Part shown: piece by piece, positions 1 to 13,064 of the stretch
Layout of the letters: each line of letters starts with the position of its first letter
How positions within the stretch are numbered: the stretch's first letter is position 1
Assembly (NCBI RefSeq): GCF_011386835.1
Contig: NC_088811.1
Location: 14,136,001 to 14,200,000, forward strand
Direction of reading: 5' to 3'
DNA: 64,000 nucleotides
From: Chrysemys picta bellii
Taxonomy: Eukaryota
Position numbers and translations under genes: made by a program
Notes under the pieces: generated by a model
What the model was told of the DNA's origin: nothing
The model's input: the letters and a program-made list of their open reading frames with translations, nothing else
Databases searched by the model: none

Positions 1-16
1 AGGTTGCCGACCCCTG
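1..16. mobile_element. Terminal inverted repeat of a hAT-type element running off the window start
   Basis: aggttgccgacccctg is the reverse complement of CAGGGGTCGGCAACCT, a typical hAT/Charlie-like terminus. Confidence 0.55.
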
Positions 17-142
17 GTCTAGTTCCTCAATGCACAGGCTGGCACTGCCTTCCAGCCCAGGTCCACCTTTCCTCCATTCAAAGTCTTTGTCCTCCAAACT
101 TTCCTCCAGGTGTCGAGTTGAGAGGGGAGAGAGGCCAAGTGA

Positions 143-479
143 TAGAGTGACCAAATTTCCCAAAGGGAAAACAGGACACCTCACCCGAGGCACCCCCCTT
201 GCGGCTGTTGCTGAAACCCTGTCTCCCTCCCAGTCCTACCTCCCTCCGTGTGGGGGGATGGCAGCTATGCATGCTCTCCTGCACGTTCCTCCGCACTGCA
301 CCCCACTTTTTTTACCAAAGTGGACATTTGTCTCGTTTGCTTTTGCCAACTGATCAAGTCGGGAAGAGCAAATGGGACAAATGCCCACTTTTGTGCAGCG
401 AAAAAAAAGCATCAGGACAGCTAGGACAGGGCTTAAAAAAGGGACTGTCCCAGCCAACACGGGATGTCTGGTCAGCCTA
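143..479. mobile_element. Non-autonomous hAT (Blackjack-like) MITE
   Basis: TIRs tagagtgacca / tggtcagccta; 8-bp TSD ccaagtga / ccaagtca. Confidence 0.8.
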
Positions 480-559
480 CCAAGTCATGATGTCACTTCC
501 CCTCTTTTTTATATTTTCTTCCAGCTTGCTGGAAAGATCTTTGCTGTGAGGTGGGCTAG

Positions 560-904
560 TCCACCCCCATGGCGTACATGCCTACTCTGAGAAATCTCTA
601 GGCTAGTGGATTGATGGGTGTTGATGAGCCATTAACCGCTGTCTGGCTGCTCCATTGTACCTGAAAGGCTGGTTGTGGGTGTTCCCAACCTCACAACATA
701 TTTCAGTAACACACACACAGCAAAACTTCATAACTTCCCATACAACGTGAGCACATACAATCCAACAGGATTTTAATGTTCAACAGATCAAGACTTTCAA
801 AATGATACCTCACAGGGCATGCTTTGTACAAAACGTATCATCATTATATGAGAGTGGTGAATATGGGGGTTCCAGGGTGCTGCTTTCACGTACAAAGCGT
901 CACA
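560..904 (-). mobile_element. Partial LTR (ERV/Gypsy-type), 5' end at 904
   Basis: Minus strand begins TGTGACG... and resembles a recalled turtle LTR family; the other end was not identified. Confidence 0.5.
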
Positions 905-2569
905 CGATCCTAATGATCAGGGATACCTTGTGCTAAAATAAATATTTAGGTTTCAAAGGGGCCATTAGCAAGATTTATAGACCCTAAGTAATAACCTGTA
1001 TTATCTGGTGGGGTGGGTTTTGTGGGTTTTTTTCTTCCCATTTTCAAATCATTCTGCAAACTTCATGCAGTGTGGGAATGGGGACTTTTGTTGCCCACCT
1101 CATCCTAAAAAGCAAAGCCTTCAGTTTTAATGCTAGACAGAAGCTACTCGACAATAAAGAAACTAATGTGCAGGTATGCAGTAGAGGAAAACCATTTTTA
1201 TGTTCATTTTTTCCCCAGAGCCGTTTGGGGAAAATGCCTCAGCACCCCATCATTTTTGCTTTCCTAATCGGGATTTGCCCAGTGTTGGAGATTGTTTGTT
1301 TGTTGGAGCAAGGGAATGGGATTGAGGACTCTTGGGTTCTGTACAGAACCCTGCCGTTGGATTGCTACATGGCCTTGGACAAGTCCCCCAATCTTCCTGT
1401 GTTTTATTATGTAAAAGGAGGAGGATGGGAAAACATTGTCATCTAATGTATTGTTCACAAAACAGAAAATGTGTTCTGGTAATGAGCTGAGTTGGACAGC
1501 CTTCCTGCTGCTTCATGTTACCTTATACAATTGATGGCCGGTTCTTTTAGCCGGCTTACGCTATGTGGATTAGAGCCTCAGCTGGTACAAATCCATGTAG
1601 CTCTATTGAATGGTACTAGGTGACTATTTGCTTGAAGCTGTCAGATCTCCTAAATCTTCAAGACTTAGCTATTGGCCTGTTTTCTTTTCTTCTTACATCC
1701 GGAGGCATTATTGCCAACCAGTATGGCTACCGTCAACATTATTGTGGAGCCTCAATATACAAAGCTTGTTGTAGCTCCAAATAAAATCAAAATAATATAC
1801 AGGCTAATTTGACGAGTTAATGTTCACATGAATGCCTGCTCAACCCTAAAGTGGGAGGAGGTTGGAAAGCATCGAATGCTAACAGGAAATTACAGAGGAG
1901 ACTGGCACTCATTCATTTCATATCTTCGTTCCCCTTCTTGCACTTTCAAATGTTGAAGGAAGGTTAAAGAGGTGCTGTTTTCTTTTAGCTTTGTCTGGCA
2001 ATGAATGGAGGGGAGGTCAACTGGAGCTTTTCAGATGCATGAAGTCAAGAAGGGGGGACCATTTGGGGCAGGCAATGGAGAGAGGAGGTCTCCCTGGTAG
2101 AAAAAGGGTGTTGACTGGAGTTTGCAGTTCGCCTTTCAGATATTAGTAGGGCTTGATCCTGAGAGTTGTTGAGGATCATCTCCAATGGTTATCATCCTCA
2201 TGCCAGGGAAATGCTATGTGACATGGCCTTTTGACTTCCTGATCTCTGGTGACGTGTTGTGTGTTCATGGAAAGGTGTGTGTCAGCTCAGAACAGGACTG
2301 TAGCTTAACTTGTCCATTATCATCCTGTGGGTAAGAACTGAAAGTGTTACGAAGGGGCATCACTGGGCACACTGTACTTACGTGGAAGTCAAGGGCTTTT
2401 CTCCATGCTGTTTGCAATTTACTGAACGTTCCCGCTTGTGCAGCCTTGTCCAAAAGTTGGGTTTGCAACAGAGCAGAGCTTGGAAGAGTCTCTTGGCTGC
2501 CATGACTCTAATCTGTTGCCACGTGCCTCCTGGTGCTTTTGCAGAGAACTGTCTCCGGTCAGACAGTCC

Positions 2570-2746
2570 CTGTGGAATGACAGCCATCGTGGGTCATCGC
2601 CGGGTGCTGGGTCAGCATTGAAACCCATCGGGAAGAGTCCCACCTCACGAGTCACCAGTACCTGCACGGAGGCATTGCTGGAAGGCCTCCCATTCAGCAC
2701 CTAGGCCCAACTCGGCTTTGCTTCAGCTCATGCGAGATCACAGCTC
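2570..2746 (-). mobile_element. AmnSINE1-like 5' fragment (5S rRNA-derived head)
   Basis: Minus strand gctgtgatctcgcatgagctgaagcaaagccgagttgggcctaggtgctgaatgggaggcc resembles the 5S internal promoter region, followed by ggtgactcgtgaggtgggactcttccc as in AmnSINE1. Confidence 0.6.
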
Positions 2747-3764
2747 TCATTGGTCTAGCTACAAACACCAAGGCCCCGATCCTGCAGTGAGCTCCAAAGA
2801 GGCTGACTTTGGCAGGACTTGAGGGAAAATGGGGTCCACGTGCATGGAGCGCGTTGCAGGATCAGGGTCTACGTCTATGACAACCCATTGTTGGGCTGCT
2901 GCACTTAATTTCTTACTGCCCCTTTAAATACTATTCCTCTTTCTCCCTTCCCACTTATTCCCTGTGATCAGTCACCCCTACTGTCCACTGTTGTTGCCAG
3001 CAACGCCTTTCCCAGTCCATCTCCAGTGTCCCCTCTGCCATGTTGTTAGCTAGTGGTATATACTCCCTGCCATGGGCTAGGGCCTGTATTGGAATCACAG
3101 GTGAAAGCAAAACAGCTCTTTGGAAGTTGATGCAGTTGGTTTCTTTGCTTGGGCGATGCCAGCAATTCTCTCCCTCTCTGCTCCCCTCTCGGATCTCTTC
3201 CGTTTTCTTATTTTCTCTCTCTTCCCAGCCACTTGTGTGTTGATCACCTGTTCCACCACATGCCGAGCAGCCACCCTCATCACTTGGCAGCTGGGATGCT
3301 GCGTTTGTGGAACGAGATCTTTCCCACAAATCTCAGAAGGATACAAACTGCCGCAGGATGTATTTTTCTCTTAATTGCGTTCAGCACGCTGCCTTCCCTT
3401 TTACAACGCTCTGCTTGGGTTCGATTTGGGGGTAAGGAAGGCGATGGGGGAATATTATAAAAAAATCTGGCCTCGGGCACAATATGTTCCTCCCAGAGCT
3501 CATCCATCCCTTAAAACCGAGTGTTGCAGTTCCCTGCTTTCAGCCAGGGAGTCCATCGGACTGTAGCACGTTTTCTGCAGATGTGGATTTCTTTTAGTGA
3601 TTTGTTTTCTTGGCACTTGTTGTTTTTCTTTTCGAAGATGACGATACTGGGAAATTCACCCAGCATCTTCCGTCAAAGGATTTCAAAACACAAGCCCAGA
3701 GAAGCACTCTAGGCACCTGACTGATGGCCTGTAATCAGTTTAGCTACTGTGTCAACACTGACTT

Positions 3765-4018
3765 TATTATTTATAGCATAGTGGTGCTGAGAGTCCATGG
3801 CTGAGGTCAGGGCCCCATTGTGCCAGGCAATGTACAAACTCATAGTGAGAGAAAAGTCCCAAAAAGCACAGTCTAAATTGACAAAGGGTGGGAGGGGAAA
3901 CTGAGGCATGGGGCGGTGTAGTGACTTGCCCAAGGTCACCTAGCAGGCCAGAGCCAGGAATAGAACCCAGGTGTCCTCCCGCCTAGTCCAGCGGCCTTTC
4001 CACTAGCCCACGCTGCCT
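3765..4018 (-). mobile_element. MIR/CORE-SINE
   Basis: CORE motif ggggaaactgaggca...gtgacttgcccaaggtcac...gagccaggaatagaacccag. Confidence 0.75.
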
Positions 4019-4284
4019 CGATCTTCTTTCAAAAGACTGAATTCAGAACTCAGTTCTTTCTTAAAAGAACTAAGCACTCAATGGGCTGGGCATGAGTATT
4101 CTCGCCACGGGGGCTATTGGGTTTAGCAACGGTCACTTCTGGAAAGGGGGGTTTCTCTCAGACGTGCTGTTAATTAAAGCCTAACTTGAAAGCGACTGCA
4201 GTGTCCCAGGTGAGACGTCATACCCCACAGAGGGGGTTACACCGCAGGCGTCAGCAATCAACTCCCCACCTGCCCCGTCAATTG

Positions 4285-4830
4285 GCCGTAGAGCCGTTCC
4301 TTGGCTCTGGGAGTGACTGGAAGTAGAACTGGGTGAAACTTTTCGTGCCATTTTTTTGTTCGCTGAAAAATGCGGATTCAGGTCGACCAAAACTAGTCGT
4401 GAATTTGACCAATAGTTTTGGCTGGGGCGGGGGCGGGGATCGGAAACGTTTTGAACACCGAAACGACAAATTGATTCTTCGCCCGGTCCTAGCCAGAAGT
4501 CCTTTGATTGCTGTTACGGACCTCTGTCCCGTGCGTTTGGTGCCTCGTCTCAATCCCCACCGGATGGGTGTCCACATAGTAAAAGCCACAGTGGCACATT
4601 AGTACCTTTAATAGCAACCTCGGCAGCAAGGCCTGGATGATTCATGGAGAATGCCTGGTGCTCTCACCCCAAGACATGGCCCTTCCGAGGCAGAGTTCAC
4701 ATCCGTCCGTGGGATACGAGGGGAAAGCAGCACTGCCGCAACCCAGGCTGTTTAGTGTCCCGTAGATCCACAGAGGACTTCAGTCTCTGGGGCGGCCAGT
4801 CTGGCTCACTTGCCATTCTCCTCTGCTCGG
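4285..4830 (+). mobile_element. LF-SINE, interrupted by a hAT MITE at 4324-4491
   Basis: Colinear matches to the recalled LF-SINE consensus: agtgactggaag, gggtgtccacat, ctctcacccc, gcactgccgc, gaggacttcagtctc. Confidence 0.65.
4324..4491. mobile_element. hAT-type MITE nested in LF-SINE
   Basis: TIRs tagaactgggtgaa / ttcgcccggtccta (11/14); decayed 8-bp TSD actggaag / gccagaag differing only by transitions. Confidence 0.6.
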
Positions 4831-5077
4831 CATGTGACGAGCGTGAACGTGAGCATTGGCAGCCGAGTGATGAGCAGAGGCTGCTCCGTAGACGTACGGA
4901 CTGAATTTAGTGAACGCTGCATGAGCAGCCCTTGCCAGTAATATAAACTGCAGCTGTTCCCTTGAATCGTGCAGCGAGGCGAGGCTCAAGGAGAGAAATC
5001 ACCAATGTTGGCACTAAAGCCCAGGTTTGTAAAGGTATTTAGGCACAATGCTGAAATGATTTAGGAGCCTAGATCTC

Positions 5078-5160
5078 CTTTTCAGAAGGGATTTAGGCAC
5101 ACAGGAGTCTAAATTCCATGGGATTTAGACTCCGCAGTGCCTAAATCCCTTCTGGAAAAG
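5078..5160. repeat. Palindromic repeat element (near-perfect 83-nt hairpin)
   Basis: Outer arms cttttcagaagggatttaggcac / gtgcctaaatcccttctggaaaag; inner arms ggagtctaaa / tttagactcc. Confidence 0.75.
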
Positions 5161-5868
5161 AAACTTCTCTCGTAAACCAGGTAGCAACAGCATTGCTGAG
5201 CGCAGCAACGCCTACCTAGCTTTAAAAATCTGGGCCTAACTGAAGAAGAGCTAAAACGAGAGATTGGGGCAAGGGCGAGGTGGGGATAGATCCTCCTTGG
5301 GAGATCAGATGGGATCGACTCTTGGTGTTGCTGCGGTTTGGACAGTCGCATTGTGATCCTCCTTCAGCTTGAGCTCAGTGCATCTGCGACTGGTTGTTGT
5401 GTCCAAATTCTTGCTGATTCTGTTTGTCATCTCAGGCTGAGGAAGCTTTTGTTCATGGAAAATCTTCCTTCTTTTTCTCTCCCCCCCCCCCCCCCCCCGC
5501 TTTTTCCTTCCTCCCTCCCCTGACAGCGTATCCCACAGCCAGCTGGGAGGCAGCGATAGAAATGTAAAGCAGCCATGCACTGGGTTGGGTTTTTTTTTTA
5601 TCAACCGCCTACAGCGATTTTGCAAGAACAATAACCTTTATATTAACTTTGAAAACATCACAGCAAACAGGCTACTTCATGTCTGAAAGTACAATGAAAT
5701 TAAAACTTGTGCTGAAGACTGTGGGGGGGAAGATGTGGGTGAGGAACAGTAAATGTCACCCGCCCTGAGGCCACGATGAGGGGAGGGAGGATTTGATCTG
5801 CATCGCTGTGCCGTGGGATGTAAGCACATTATATAATCTATAGGATAACTGCAAACTGTGTGAATTAG

Positions 5869-5991
5869 GTTTCAGTGGTAGCCATGTTAGTCTGTATCAG
5901 CAAAAAAAAAAACGAGGAGTCCTTGTGGCACCTTAGAGACTAACAAATTTATTTGGGTATAAGCTTTCGTGGGCTAAAACCCACTTCATCC
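5869..5991 (-). mobile_element. Penelope-like element terminal fragment with truncated hammerhead motif
   Basis: Same family as 15058-15295 (gttagtctgtatc...ccttagagactaacaaatttatt...aagctttcgtggg); ends inside the ribozyme core. Confidence 0.7.
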
Positions 5992-7076
5992 CAAAAAGGA
6001 AGCATGGAAACCTTGGTAGACAAGGCGGAATCTTTAAAGAGCTTTCTTTTAAGGCTTTGCTCTTATAAAGGGATCCCAAAATGATTTGCCCACCACTACA
6101 ATGTAGCCACCTCTGAACTAAAACACAGCAGCTGATGAATAGTTCTGAAGAGAGACCTTCAGGGAAAAAGTGCACTTGTTTCTTCACCAGATTAATCTCT
6201 CAAGTGTCCTTCAGTTAAGACCCACTTTTACCTCTATCCCACACAGATTTATTTCTCTCTCTTTATTCTTTAAATCAGAAATAGAGAGAGCTCAGAACCT
6301 GGACATCTGACCCAAAGTGCCTCGAACTGTGGGGTGGTTCAGAACCCAATCCACATTTTGCATCCCAGGCCCATTTCTAATAAGGAATAGAGTCAGGAGC
6401 CAGAGGTGTTAATTGGGCTAAGGAAATTAATCACCTTTTATGCTTCTTGTAACAGTGACTTTCTTGTATCCTTTATTCCAGGTCTTTATCCCGTATGTGT
6501 CTTGTCAGGATGAGAGCGTGCTTTAGCTAAAGGCACATCATGTAGTTTAAGCCACAAAGTTAAGTTCTGTGTTTAAAATGAGTAAAATGCAAAAAATCAA
6601 AACAAAATAGTGGAAAAGAATGAAATGTATAAATAAATCCTTGTGTCAGTTTATAAGACTGCAGCATTGTTAGTAACGTGGAACAGAGGTTGTTTTAAAT
6701 CTTCGTTTTGTCTCAGCAGTGACCCTGTTGTAATCAGAAGCAGACTTTGCGCTTACGTGGTATTTTCCATCCGATGATAGTCTTTGACAAAGGCAAGTGG
6801 GAACATTCCCACTGTACACACGGGATAAACAGAGGCACTGAGGGGGATAGGCCTCATCTCAAAGGTGCTGAGCGCTCCCCTTTCCCAGGAATGTCAGTAG
6901 GACTTGAAGCTGCTCAACATGGCTGAAAAGGTCTGTGAATGGTCAGCACCTGGCAGCTCCCACGGTGATGCTGATGGCCAGATTTCCAGCACCCAAAGGG
7001 CTGGGCACCTTGAAAATCCAGCCGCTAACTTTGGCACATTAAAAGGAACCTGGGCTGTCTTGATAGCCCAGCCCTA

Positions 7077-7185
7077 AATGACTTGCCCTGAATCACACGG
7101 CAAGTCTGTGGCAGAGCCAGGAATAGAACCCAAGTCGCCCAGGTCCAAGTGTCATGGTCTAACTGCTAGACAAGCTGCCCGCTCC
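7077..7185 (-). mobile_element. MIR/CORE-SINE fragment
   Basis: tgacttgccc...gtggcagagccaggaatagaaccc. Confidence 0.65.
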
Positions 7186-8699
7186 TAGTGACCGAGTCGG
7201 TGAAGAGAGGCTTCTGTCACATTCCTCACTGATTGGCATTGGCTTGCTGCAGGGCTTTGGGCAAATCTGGTTCCCATTTCCCTGCAGAAAAGAGTCAACT
7301 AGAAAAAACACCTTTTAAATGTTTCATTGCAAACACCTCTCTCGGTCCAGGAGAGGGCATGCCGGTCAGTTTCAAACCCCTGCGAGGGGGGAAGGTTTGT
7401 GTGCGCCCCTCCTAATACGCCCACCAGGCCACATTGGCTTAAGAAGAAGTGACAGCAGCTTAAGATCAGAGTTAGTCATCTCATGAAGGTGACAAAAGCT
7501 GTAAGGCTCAAAGCATTCTGAATCAGCCAGAAAAGTTATTCCCTGGATCTTTGGCAGTAAGGAGCTGGATCTGGGGCAGGGATTCTGCTCTCCTGTGCGT
7601 GTCACCTGTCCATTTCTTTAGGGTAAATTCCACCTAGTGAGTTTCTTGGAATCTCTCCTAAGAAGGCAATCATGGCTTTGTCTGGATTTGCCTGCACATT
7701 CTGTCCTGTGCATTGGATGACCAGTGGGGAAGGGAGAGGAGAATATTGCATCTTCCTAGGAGTGTCTCCAGCACTGAGCACCGTGGGGCTGGGATCCTGA
7801 CTGGGGATTCTGGACGCTTTTGTGATATGAATATTAAATAATATGGTGTTCCGAACTGTGAGGCCCCTGTCCTGCAATTGGATCCACCTGAGTGGACCTT
7901 TGCACCCATTAGTGGGGCTCCACGTGGGCAAACCTGGCTGTAGTTTCAGGGTCCAAACGATATTTCAAAGCATGAGTTTGGCAACTGCTGTGTAATGAGT
8001 TGGTTGGGTCTCAGATTGGTACCTAGAAGACAGGCATCCAGGTTGTAAAATCTTGCCTAACTTGCCTGTGAATGAATCGGGATCTGCACATCCTGGGGCT
8101 GTCCCTCTTTTCCTCTCCCATCAGCACTAAGTTCCCTCTAAACACTTAAAAGAATAGAAGCGGGAGGGTCATTTTACAGGACAGCTGAACCTCCGCGTTC
8201 CAGTTTAAAGTATTAATCCCACAATCATCATTCATTGTCGTGCATAATACAGAAGGAGCTTGCTTTATTTTTAAGCAAGGTTCTGAAGATTTTTTTTTTT
8301 AAAGGGCAACTTAAAGGGTCTACGCTGTTTGAAATGCAACGAGGACTGATGCACAGGTACCACAGTGTGGTGCCACTGTGGTCGATGGCCCCTAGAGGGC
8401 GCACTGGGAGCCGGGCCTTTTTCTGGCAGGGCAGGGCAGAATAGTTCTGCAACACGCATTCTCCTGCTGGCCCAACACCGGCCGTTAGTTCTTTTGCAGA
8501 GCAAGGGCAGTGAGAGATGGTAACAGGCCCCACTACCGGCGGCCAGCACTGTACGCTTCTGTATTTACTAGGTGGCTGGCTGAGTGTGGGGCTTGAGCAA
8601 AGCTTGCAAAATTAAACAGGAGCGACCGATATTAGTCCGTCGGATCTAATCCTCCAGCTGCCCGTTCCCCTTTTGTCGTGTAAACACGGGTGATGCCAG

Positions 8700-8831
8700 C
8701 GAGGGGAAAGCGATAGCCGAGTGGTTACGGCGTTGGACTGAGGCTTGGTTCAATTTCTGGCTCTGCCACAGATGGCCTGTGTTCCCTTGAGCAAGTCACT
8801 TCATCTCTCTGCCCATCTGTACACTGGCGAT
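8700..8831 (+). mobile_element. MIR/CORE-SINE fragment
   Basis: tRNA-like head and ggctctgccac...gcaagtcactt core. Confidence 0.6.
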
Positions 8832-9349
8832 TGTCACAAAGTGGCTTGCCTGTTGGCTACGGAGCTGGGGCTTAGCCAGCCCTGAGAGGAATCGGGGGAT
8901 TCCTGAATAAAAGGCATCAGGGAGCTGTAGAAGGGTGTGGTGGAGAGAGTACTTGAGCCTGCTAGAAGCTGGAAGCCTGACAGGAAGCTGGAGAGGTTCA
9001 GGAGAAAGCTCTCCATGCAAGAGGGGCCTGGGAGAACTGGGAAGGCCTGCCTGGAACGGCCTGTGGAGAAGGACAGGCTCCAGGCTTGGGGTACTGGGCA
9101 GCAGACAGACAGACCCTCAGGGAGGAAGGGGTGAAACTGGGATAAAGCGGCGTGAGTTGGTGCTTTGTTTTGAAAGACTCTGTCGGACTGTTGGGAGAGA
9201 TACTGATCTAGGGTTGGGGCTGGCAGGGCCAGTGTGCGCCTCAGGATTACATCCGTGGGACTCTTGTGGGGAGCCTTGTGGGACGTTTTTCAAGGGGCCG
9301 GACGGCCACCGAGGCAGGGTGATCTCTGGCCACGAGGGGGCACTTGACA
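8832..9349 (+). mobile_element. Probable solo LTR (Gypsy-type), 518 bp
   Basis: Starts TGTCA and ends TGACA (5-bp inverted termini), with LTR-like purine-rich composition. No clear TSD. Confidence 0.5.
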
Positions 9350-9414
9350 GGGAGTAAATGGCGACAGCACTACAGGGATAAACTTACTTTCTCCCATCTC
9401 TCGTCTATTTAGAG

Positions 9415-9704
9415 CAGTGGTGCCCAAACCTCACGCCCCAGTCCTCTTACCTCTGTCTGCGCCCCACCGGGACCGGGGCCGTGGCTTCAGGAGGGGTGGG
9501 GACATGGACAGGGGTAAGGGGGCGGAGGCCAGAGGCGCGGGGGTGGGAGTGGAGCTTTGGCCAATGGCCAGGGCCAGGAGCAGAGCTGCATGATGCTCTC
9601 TCCCTGCCCCTATGGGGGCTGGCCCAGGCTTCAGCCACACACACACCCCGAATGGTCCTCCACGCTCCACTAGGGACGCACACCCGACAGTTTGGGGACC
9701 TCTG
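9415..9704. mobile_element. hAT (Charlie-like) MITE
   Basis: TIRs cagtggtgcccaaac / gtttggggacctctg; 8-bp TSD atttagag / atttaaag. Confidence 0.8.
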
Positions 9705-10960
9705 ATTTAAAGTGTAAGTCCTTTGAGGCAGGAGCTGTACCCTGTTATCCCCACGCACAACGGGACTCTGATCTGAGCTGGGCCATGGTGTTATAATACA
9801 GATAATTAATAACTATTATTATTATAACAACATATGACAAGCAGGATTTTGGGCGTCCCCATTTTCATTCCCTGAAAACATTTCAGGTTTTGAAACCCAA
9901 TGTTGATTTATTTCAGCAGGATATGTTCAAGAAGCCAGTTCGTTGTATGGATAAGCGAGGTCATGGGTATGTTTTCTGCTCAAAGCAATGGGCTAGCTTG
10001 CAGACTGCAGTCGTCCAATTCAACATGTGGTTTGCACATACTGCTTCTTCCAGGACTCTGGCAAGCATAGCATTCAGCTAGCTTAGGCTAGCTGATCAAC
10101 AGAATTCCTTTCTGTGAATTTGAACGGAAGGCCTGTCTTCGAGAGAGATTTTTCTGTAGGTCAGAATTGGAGTGTCTGTTAAGGTTGCCAATGGGGCCAG
10201 AAACGAACCAGATCTAAACAAATACTTCAACAAAAAAAGTCCTCTGATCTCTTCCCAAAATCTTATGTCTGCTCCTAGTCCCAGCTTTTCAGTTGTCATG
10301 ATTTGGCTGAAGTAAGCAAGCAGTTAACAGGGTTAAACTGGATTCCTCACTGAAACTAACCCATCAAAGATAACAGTTAGAGCTGGCCAACGTCTTTCAC
10401 ACAATTTTGTTTGGGGGGGGGGGGGGGGAACACTTGAAAATATTTCTTTTTTCCAAAAATTTGTCACCATTATTGACACGTCCCATTTTTCAGGACATTT
10501 CCCACAATTTTTGTTTACCAAATTTTCAACATTTTTGTTTACCCCAGACTACATCTTGTAGCAGAAAAATGGGGCGTTTATAAACCAAACATTTTAAAAC
10601 CTATATTTATTTTTAAAAGAATCAGTTAAACTATTGTGAGAGATGGGGCTAGTTACGAACCCTGCAAAGTGGAAACAGAAACATTTTACAAAATCTGTTC
10701 TGTTTTTCATCTAGCTCCCCAACAGCTTTCCACCAGTTGCTCTCTTCCTCTTAGACGCTTTCCCCTGCTTTCTCTAGTGTTCTCAAATGAGCATTGCATA
10801 TACCAGCTCTTGCACTAATCAGTTGGTGTTGGACACAATGCCAAGCTGCCAGGTCTGATTTGTGATGACTGTGGTACTCATACACAGCAGAATCATCTCT
10901 TTCCTCTGTTTGGCTGCTCTGAACTGGAGGACAGGCATGCTGTTGAAATGAACTAGATAT

Positions 10961-10963
<3 letters not shown>

Positions 10964-10995
<32 letters not shown>
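10964..10995. repeat. (AG)16 microsatellite
   Basis: Read directly from the sequence. Confidence 0.95.
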
Positions 10996-10999
<4 letters not shown>

Positions 11000-11896
11000 C
11001 TAGTTCTTGGAGACACTTGTCAGTTTAAATGGGGTGGAGGGTGGGGGAAACTTGAATGGTCAGAGCAGTGTGCTCTGTTGCTGCATCTCAGATGTGGACT
11101 GCTACCCTCAACGGTGTCCCTTGCAAACCCATTTGCAAATTACCAAAACTTCATCTGATTTTCTTGACTTCCGCAAGTGTATTCTGCATGTTGCATAAGT
11201 CAAGCGTGAAATCATTGACAATGGAATTAAAGTTCTCTGCAGTTGACAGTATGCTTCTCTATTTCCCCACTTTTAACGCATTAATATGTCAAGCACCATT
11301 CTCTAATCCAGGGCAGCAGGAACATAAGGGGATTTGAGCACAAATCATGTAACGTGCCATGGCTGTTTCTCTGGGGTGCTCCTTCTTGCAAGTCTTTAAG
11401 GTGGAAGTGTTGCTTGCGTTTGTTTCTGCCCGTACCCTTTGACTCTCATTCGCAAATCAGCAGCGGCACAAACATGATGATCATCCGCTATCTTTGGATT
11501 TCCCATGAGCAATGTCTTAAAGCTGTAAACAACCATTCTGGAGAATGAAGTGCTGCAAAATGCACAGAACCCCTGCCTCTGCTGTAGCTGGGACCATTAG
11601 AGGAGGTTTGGCCATCAGATAAAAATAACCAGCAAAACAACTACATTCAGCTGGTCCCATGTTGCTATGTAACAGCTGCCTATGAAGGGCCAGTCTTTTG
11701 ACTATGTTGGGTGAGCTTGGGTCTCCTGAAGCTACTACACCTTTTCAGGCATTGCTCGTTAATGTTCAGAATGAATAAATCAATTCCATTGGTGGGCAGT
11801 TATAGTGAAAACCTTTTTAAATATACTGTGTTTCAGGGAGTTATTTTGTAATGTGATTTCTGCAGAAAATGCCCCGTGGGGCTGCAAGGACCTTTA

Positions 11897-12262
11897 GGTA
11901 TGTGTACACTACACACTAAGCCCAGGCTCTGTCTGAGGTTTGAGCCCAAGCCCCCTTCTGTCCACACACAAATCAGTCTAGCTCGGGTCAGCAAGCACTC
12001 AGGATCCTGGTCCTAGGGATCAGAGCCTGAGTCCTGTTGTTTTTTCGGGTCCAGGCCTTGTCATTCTGCAGCGTGAGTGCAGCTCAAGCCACAGATCTGA
12101 GCCAGAAGGTCTGCAGTATGGACACGTTAGCATGGCAGTGAGACTGGATCCAGCAAATGCAAGCCCTGGTTTCCAGTGCAGTGTGGAGGCTTAAGCGCAG
12201 GTGTGAAAACACCGAGCCCATAAGCCCACAGACCCAGTTTACAGCGCCGTGTAGACATACCC
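11897..12262. mobile_element. PIF/Harbinger-type MITE
   Basis: Termini ggtatgtgtacac / gtgtagacataccc; flanks tta / ttc. Confidence 0.7.
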
Positions 12263-12390
12263 TTCATGGTCTGTGCTGCACTGTGACCTCTCGCTGTTTA
12301 AAATTCTGTCTGTGTATGGCAGTTGTGTAATGTACTTGCATGAGCATTAGCTCTTGAGTCTTGCTCATGTCCGGCTCTGCCGCCACCCAG

Positions 12391-12571
12391 GGGGGAGGGA
12401 TAACTCAGTGGTCTGAGCATTGGCCTGCTAAACCCAGGGTTGTGAGTTCAATCCTTGAGGGGGCCATTTAGGGATCTGGGACAAAAAAATAGTTGGGGAT
12501 TGGTCCTGCTTTGAGCAGGGGGTTGGGCTAGATGACCTCCTGAGGTCCCTTCCAACCCTGATATGCTATGA
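12391..12571 (+). mobile_element. Tortoise polIII/SINE (tRNA-derived head plus CR1 3' tail)
   Basis: Head with A/B boxes (taactcagtggt...gtgagttcaatcc); tail ggttgggctagatgacctcctgaggtcccttccaaccctgatatgctatg is a CR1 3' end. Confidence 0.9.
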
Positions 12572-13064
12572 ACTTCGATGAACTCCACCCTCATGTGGGC
12601 TCAGAAGAGCATTAATTCCTATGGAAACTATTTTGGGTTGCTTGTATTTGACTTGTTTTGTGCGTGTTGCATTCTTGGCTAGTAGGGAAAAGTGTGCGTG
12701 AGAGACGGAGACAGAGAGAACTTTGGCTGCCACTGACACAAGCGATATTCGCACAACATATAGGGACGCCCCCAGTGCCTCCTGTGCAGAATCGGGAGAC
12801 AGAGAATGAGGACCCAGTTTGATATTTACGGATTTAATGAGAGAGAGAGAGAGACAACAGTGGGAGCGTCTTTAATTGGGAAGTAAATCAGCATTCCTGA
12901 GAGAGGTCCTTTCAAAAGGTGTTTGGAGAGGTATCTCCAGCAGTTAGTTTTATGGGAAACAACCTACAGGGCTCCTCCCACCCCATAACTCAACCCCACC
13001 ACCCTCAAAGTCCTTCCTGTGCTGTTAAATAGAACAGAATTCAGGAGACTTGCTAATGGAGGAT

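Noticed and set aside
2686-2746. 5S rRNA-like segment
   Set aside because: Short, diverged and continuing into AmnSINE1 body sequence; not a 5S gene.
11661-11673. Third X-box-like motif GTTGCTATGTAAC
   Set aside because: The second half-site departs from RGYAAC; likely by chance.
12391-12475. tRNA-like sequences here and at 51840-51919
   Set aside because: They are SINE heads fused directly to CR1 tails, not tRNA genes.
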